64,000 nt of DNA, from assembly GCA_951406725.2 (NCBI GenBank), contig OX597822.1, positions 76,012,001 to 76,076,000 on the forward strand. The letters are read 5' to 3'. The DNA comes from Octopus vulgaris. Lineage: Eukaryota. The notes under the pieces are model-generated. The model was not told the DNA's origin. It worked only from the letters and a program-made list of their open reading frames with translations, and searched no databases. The position numbers and the translations under genes were made by a program. Below, piece by piece: positions 58,872 through 64,000 of the stretch (position 1 is the first letter of the stretch; every line of letters starts with the position of its first letter).

Positions 58872-59855
58872 CAATAATAATATTTTTAAACGGGTATATC
58901 AGTAGCATAGATGTAAGTTTCCGGAAACCGTTTTGCTTCTACAAATTTCTCGATCTTCGCTCCAAAGCGTTTATGTCTCAGAAACAGAAAAAAACAAAAA
59001 AACAAAAGTCATTAATAACATGTTTTTCATTTTTAGCATTACAAGACCACTAATTTATCTTGCGGGGAGCGGGGGGGTGTAGTTAATAATGGTATTAAGA
59101 TTCTAAGGGGAGTTTTGTTGAACAATTTGTCTTTTCTTTCTTGCGACTGTAAAGAATATAACGTCGTTCTTTTACTATAAATATAGCAGTCATTCGCTAT
59201 GTACCTGTAACGAAATGCCGCATATACCGCTGTTTTTATTGCTTCTGCAATCGGTTTTGCAATACTCTAAAGCTCTTTCCAATTTTATGGAGAAATAATA
59301 AAACGTTGATGGTTGGAGTTTTCCTTTTACATTTCTGCTGACTTTTTTTTTCTCTTTACGTTATCATTTCTTGTCGTTTCTTCGTTTCTTTCTTTATTTG
59401 TTTTTCTTGAGAAGTTGTCATAGACATTATAGTCGAAATAATGGTTAGAATTCACAATTCCCATTCGAATTTTCATATAAGAAACATCTATTTATTCACC
59501 AATTTTAGTGTCAATTGATTTTGATAGATTTTCAAGTCTCCTCTTGGGTAACGGCCATAGAATTGGAATGTACGCCAGCGTTTCCAATACGTCAAACATG
59601 ACCTAGCCTACTGGAAGCCCTAAACTCGGCACAGCAGGCCAAAGAAATACCACTGACCTTTTGGCTGGCAGCCATTCTAATCACCTATTTCTGCCTTCAC
59701 ATTGAATTAATCACACATGCTACAAAGTTTTTCGACCCCGAAAAGATGAAAGGCAAAGTCGACCTCTGCGGAATTTGAACTTAGAACATAAAGACGAACG
59801 AAATCTTGCTAAGAATTTTGATCAGGCGTGTTAGCAATTCTACCAGCTCACCACC

Positions 59856-59945
<90 letters not shown>

Positions 59946-60963
59946 ATAATATTTTTAAACGTGTAGTATAGATGTAAGTTTCCTGGAACTGTTTTACTTC
60001 TACAAATTTCTCTAACTTCGCTCCACAGCGTTTATGCCTCAATATCTCATTCGTTGATCTCATTCTGCAAAACGTGACACTAAACCTTGTTTTTTATATC
60101 TTTAATCAATAAAATAAGAATGTTATTGGAGTCACCTGTATAAATTTATCTATTTCAGTAAAAAAAGAACTTTTCTTCAGAGCCTATTAATTTTGCGTGG
60201 TTTGTGAGAAGCTTTTTGAGAGTGAGGGGCATGGAATGACTTTATGCTATGATTCCCAGTTTTAGTAACTTCGGTTTCCATACGATTGCTAATAACCTTA
60301 TGTTGTCGTGTATAAAACTTTGCGACATTTTTAATTTTAGGGTTGAGCAATTGATCAGGAGTTGACTGCGGATGTATATTAGGCTTCCAATATGAGACAA
60401 GAAGTTCAATTACAGATATGTAGAGAGAGAGATACAAATTTATTTCTTACATGCCCTTCTCATATGATTTTCCAACAGAACGTGAAATATCATTCAACGT
60501 GAAGTGGAATAACCTTCAAAGCAACAGGAAAAAAATTAAATCTACGTTATATAATGCTATGAACATCTTGTTTAAATAGAAATTTTCCTCGTTAGCATAG
60601 AATCAGAATTGCATTTAGCATAGGATTCAAAATTCTTTATACTCATCAGTTCAAGTGTGTGACTGATCCGCAAAGTATTCCTACCATTACCTTCAAAGAG
60701 TTCCGAAAGTAAACTTCCACTTGCACCAAATTCTTCTAATTTTCTTTCTCTTCGTAGTTCTATTAAAGTTCTAGAAAATATGCTATAGAGGTCTCGAAAA
60801 TAACCACCAATGGTTAATTGGAGACCTATGTCTTTTCTTCTGTAATTGCACAAAAAAACAGTAATTAAATATACAATTGAAACACAGTTCTATATCTAAG
60901 AGATGAGGAATTATTTACATTATTTACATTTGACGGATAGTTGTCCTCATCTTGTTTGTTGTT

Positions 60964-61009
60964 AACACAACGTTTCGGCTGATATACCCTCCAGTCTTCA
61001 TCAGGTGTC
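60964..61009 (-). ncRNA. Minimal hammerhead ribozyme motif
   Basis: gacac-CTGATGA-a-gactg...cagcc-GAAAC-GTT-gtgtt. Palindromic AACGTT replaces stem III. Confidence 0.7.
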
Positions 61010-61075
61010 TTGAAGAAATGTCGAACCTTAGTTCGCATTCCTAAGGTATTTTCGGTGTTATTATTATTCAGGTCA

Positions 61076-61133
<58 letters not shown>

Positions 61134-61180
61134 TCGAAAAATACCTTAGGAATGAGAACCCAGGTTCGAAATTTCCCCAA

Positions 61181-61226
61181 GACATCTGATGAAGGCTGGA
61201 TGGTATATCAGCGGAAACGTTGTGTT
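61181..61226 (+). ncRNA. Minimal hammerhead ribozyme motif
   Basis: gacat-CTGATGA-a-ggctg...cagcg-GAAAC-GTT-gtgtt. Confidence 0.65.
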
Positions 61227-61308
61227 AACAAACACGATGAGAACAAATATCCGGCAAATGTAAATAATGTACAATTGAAACAGTATTGTATTACATATAG
61301 ATATGTTG

Positions 61309-61759
61309 AAATAAAACATTTGTAAATCTCTCAGACAGATTTATTCAACAGCAGTGCGATAAAGTGATAGTATTTTGTCAACTTAATGTGACAATCCCAT
61401 AAAAGGGAAGAATGCTACTGTTATTTAGCCCTGTTGGACTTGACACCTTTTCTGTGTCCTTATGTCTTCAAAGTGTAGACAAGCACCTCCACCCAGCAAA
61501 GCCAGCATTCAGAGACTAGTTTCAGAGTCATTACTCATCATCAGTCTGGAGTAGCTTGGCTTGCTAGATGTCGATGCTCATCCGCCTTTGAAAACATATA
61601 TATTTCAAGTGAAATACATTCACTGATTTTTGAAAATAGAAATAATACATTTCTAAATCTCTCAGAGAGATTTATGCAGTGTTTCCTAGGGTTAAATAAC
61701 AGTAGCATTCTTCCCTTTCATTGGACTCTCATATTAAGTTGACAACATACTATCACTTT
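61309..61759. mobile_element. Second fold-back element with 74-bp inverted arms, 37-bp direct repeat and 12-bp target duplication
   Basis: IR 61359-61432/61688-61761; DR 61308-61344/61639-61675; atagatatgttg at 61297-61308 and 61760-61771. Confidence 0.88.
61510..61548 (-). ncRNA. Minimal hammerhead ribozyme motif
   Basis: caga-CTGATGA-t-gagt-aatg-actc-t-GAAAC-ta-GTC-tctg. Palindromic ACTAGT, canonical GUC triplet. Confidence 0.72.
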
Positions 61760-62488
61760 ATAGATATGTTGTTTATCAGAGAATTCAACACCACAAAAAC
61801 ACTAGAAACGGGGGCCTCACAACCTCTAGCGCCATCATGCGGTAATATCACATAGAGTATTGTCAAATCTGAATCCCAGCGACTCGATTTCTTCTTCAGG
61901 ACCAGAAAATATTTTACCTCTGATTAATCTCTCACTCTCTACAAAGTTCTAGAATTATATTTGAGTGCTTTAAACATATCTGAGACGGTGTATCCACGCT
62001 TCCATCTATTGAAATATTTATAAACTCCTTATGACTTTTCCATCTGTCTCGCTTATCTTTCATTATTTAAACATCTGCATCATCTTTGTCTCTTCCTGAA
62101 AATCTCAGTTTCAAGAATTTGTCCCAATTATTCTTTCGAAATTCTGCTAACTTCCTCGATATATAACCCTACTCACGATCTCCCTGCCGACGCCATCATA
62201 CATTTGTTCAAACACAGTATGTGTGACATATCTCTGACGTCTCTTCAGGACCTACATTTTTTTCTGCTGCAAAATACTTCTCTCGCCTGAAGTAAAACAT
62301 TAAAATATGATAAGAGTGCCGATCTCATTACAAGATATACACCAATGACATTTTTTCTGATTAACAAGGCGCAATTTTTTTTCTGAATGCTAAATAAATA
62401 GCCTGAGCTATAGATAACTATAGCATTATTTCAGAGGCCATTGTTCAGGAAGAGTGACATAAATTAGAAAAGGTAATTAAGTAGTTTG

Positions 62489-62489
<1 letters not shown>

Positions 62490-62550
<61 letters not shown>

Positions 62551-62833
62551 GTGTGTGTAAATGTGTGTGTGTGTGTGTGTATAAACGTGTATATGTATAT
62601 ATAAACATGCATGTATATATGTTTATATGTATGTGCATATATATATGTGTGTGTATATGCATGTATGTGTATATGTATGTGTGTGTGTATATATATATGT
62701 GTGTGTGTGTATATATATATATGTATGTGTGTGTGTATATATATGTCTGTATATATATATATGCATGTGTATATATATGTGTATATATATACATATATAT
62801 ATATGTATGTGTATATATGTATGTATGTATATG

Positions 62834-62874
<41 letters not shown>

Positions 62875-62950
62875 ATATATACATATATATATGGATGTGT
62901 ATATATGTATATATGTATGTGTGTATACGTATATGTATGTATATATATAA
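62490..62950. repeat. TA/TG microsatellite
   Basis: Direct reading. Confidence 0.95.
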
Positions 62951-63276
62951 TTAACATCTAGCAGAAGCAACAGAGTAGCTTAAGGGCCCAGAGTTTCATG
63001 CGTTGGCACTTATCAAAAATATATCTCTGCTCTATTTCAAAGATATTAATTTGTTTCGAGCAGCATTAAACAAGTGGAAATGTTCAGAAAAGCCCAGAGG
63101 TGGATGCTTTTTCAATCTCCGGTTGAAAATATTTTCCCATTCCTTATAATGATATTTTCCTTTCAAAAGGCAACAACAGCACAATCTAATCTTAACATCC
63201 TCTGAGATATGAGATTTGTTCATTTTATTCAGAAAGAGCGCAACAGATAAATGCGGTTGGTGTTACTGTTTCAGCC

Positions 63277-63400
63277 CGGTGGTTCTCAACCGGGTTTCAG
63301 ATAACCCATAAGGATCTATAGAAGATTTTTGTGGGTCCATGCAACAAAATAGTAAATTGGGGATCTACAAAAGTATTTGAAGAATCCCTGAAAAACATTT
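63277..63400 (+). mobile_element. hAT/Charlie-like transposon end
   Basis: cggtggttctcaaccggg resembles the hAT TIR CAGTGGTTCTCAAC. The partner TIR was not seen in the window. Confidence 0.5.
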
Positions 63401-63402
63401 GC

Positions 63403-63900
63403 TTTATATATATATAAAATATAAAATCCGTTCTGTCTGTCTGTGTATGTGTCTTCTAGGATCTCAGGCATCTTCCATCCGATTGCGCTCAAATTTGTTA
63501 TGTAGATACCGACGGTATTATAGGGCGTGTATAAGTCTTGAAAAAATTACAAAAATCGATTCCAGATGAGAATGTGATTGATAAAGCCGTAAGAACGTGC
63601 ATTTGTACGCGCAAGTACATCAGCTGTTGCGATCGATACTACACGTTCGCGAGAAAAATGCACGCGCCGTTTGCGCAAAAAAGCCGGCTGGCTTGAAATA
63701 ATGACACAAAATGCAGCATTTTTAAGAGACCAAAAAAGTAAGATGCAAAAGAGATATTTTCTTCAAATTTGGCATGAAGGAAAGAAAGACTATTTGGTTT
63801 CTCAAGAAGTTTTTTTTTTCCTTAACTTCGTTTAAGAAAACCAAAAATTTCATTGAAATAAAGGCATGCTTAATCATTTTTTAATGAAAAGAAATCACTG
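63403..63900 (+). mobile_element. Possible non-autonomous Helitron-like element
   Basis: tatatatataaaa...gtctgtctgtgtatgt...ccgattgcgctcaaatttg resembles Helitron 5' regions (recalled). 3' end not defined. Confidence 0.4.
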
Positions 63901-64000
63901 ACTGTGTTTTATTCAGCAGATATGATTCAGCACCCTCCATTGGACGGTGGGGGGATGGGCGTTTTGTTCGTATATATATATATCACAGTAACCGACCAGG

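Larger units (their letters stand above)
60885..61269. mobile_element. Penelope-type fold-back element with two inverted hammerheads and 13-bp target duplication
   Basis: Arms ~60916-61060 and ~61128-61271 surround (AAT)n. tacaattgaaaca occurs at 60872-60884 and 61270-61282. Confidence 0.9.
59950..63262 (-). pseudogene. Schlafen-like pseudogene copy 7
   Basis: VALFLNKM..RLCCCC..WENIFNRRLKKHPPLGF (63245-63080); after acceptor ttttacttcag: EKNVGPEETSEIC (cf. ESTHVEF), LRFSGRDKDDADV (cf. FIGIDESDDVV of copy 3), ISIDGSVDTP; FCGVEFSDKQHIY (61798-61760, cf. FCCAVFSEAPNSW); VIELLVSY..PDQLL..KFYTRQHKVISN..TGNHSIKS..RKVLFL (60415-60160, helicase entry). Confidence 0.6.

Overview
AT-rich, repeat-saturated eukaryotic DNA, most likely an octopus (cephalopod) genome. 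This is inferred from three abundant tRNA-headed SINE families, (TA)n/(TAA)n microsatellites and R4/Dong, RTE and Penelope relics. There is no intact protein-coding gene: nearly every long ORF in the supplied track is a microsatellite translation or an antisense shadow of a transposon. The unique sequence between the repeats is not random. Manual translation through stops and frameshifts gives colinear fragments of about 7 decayed Schlafen-like genes (AlbA_2 nuclease domain, linker, SF1 helicase) in both orientations, i.e. a fossil tandem/inverted gene cluster. The window also holds several short fold-back elements, each carrying a hammerhead-ribozyme core of the Penelope-associated type, including a perfect 64-bp palindrome. 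All protein matches are by-eye comparisons with motifs recalled from memory and need HMM confirmation. Boundaries of decayed features are approximate.
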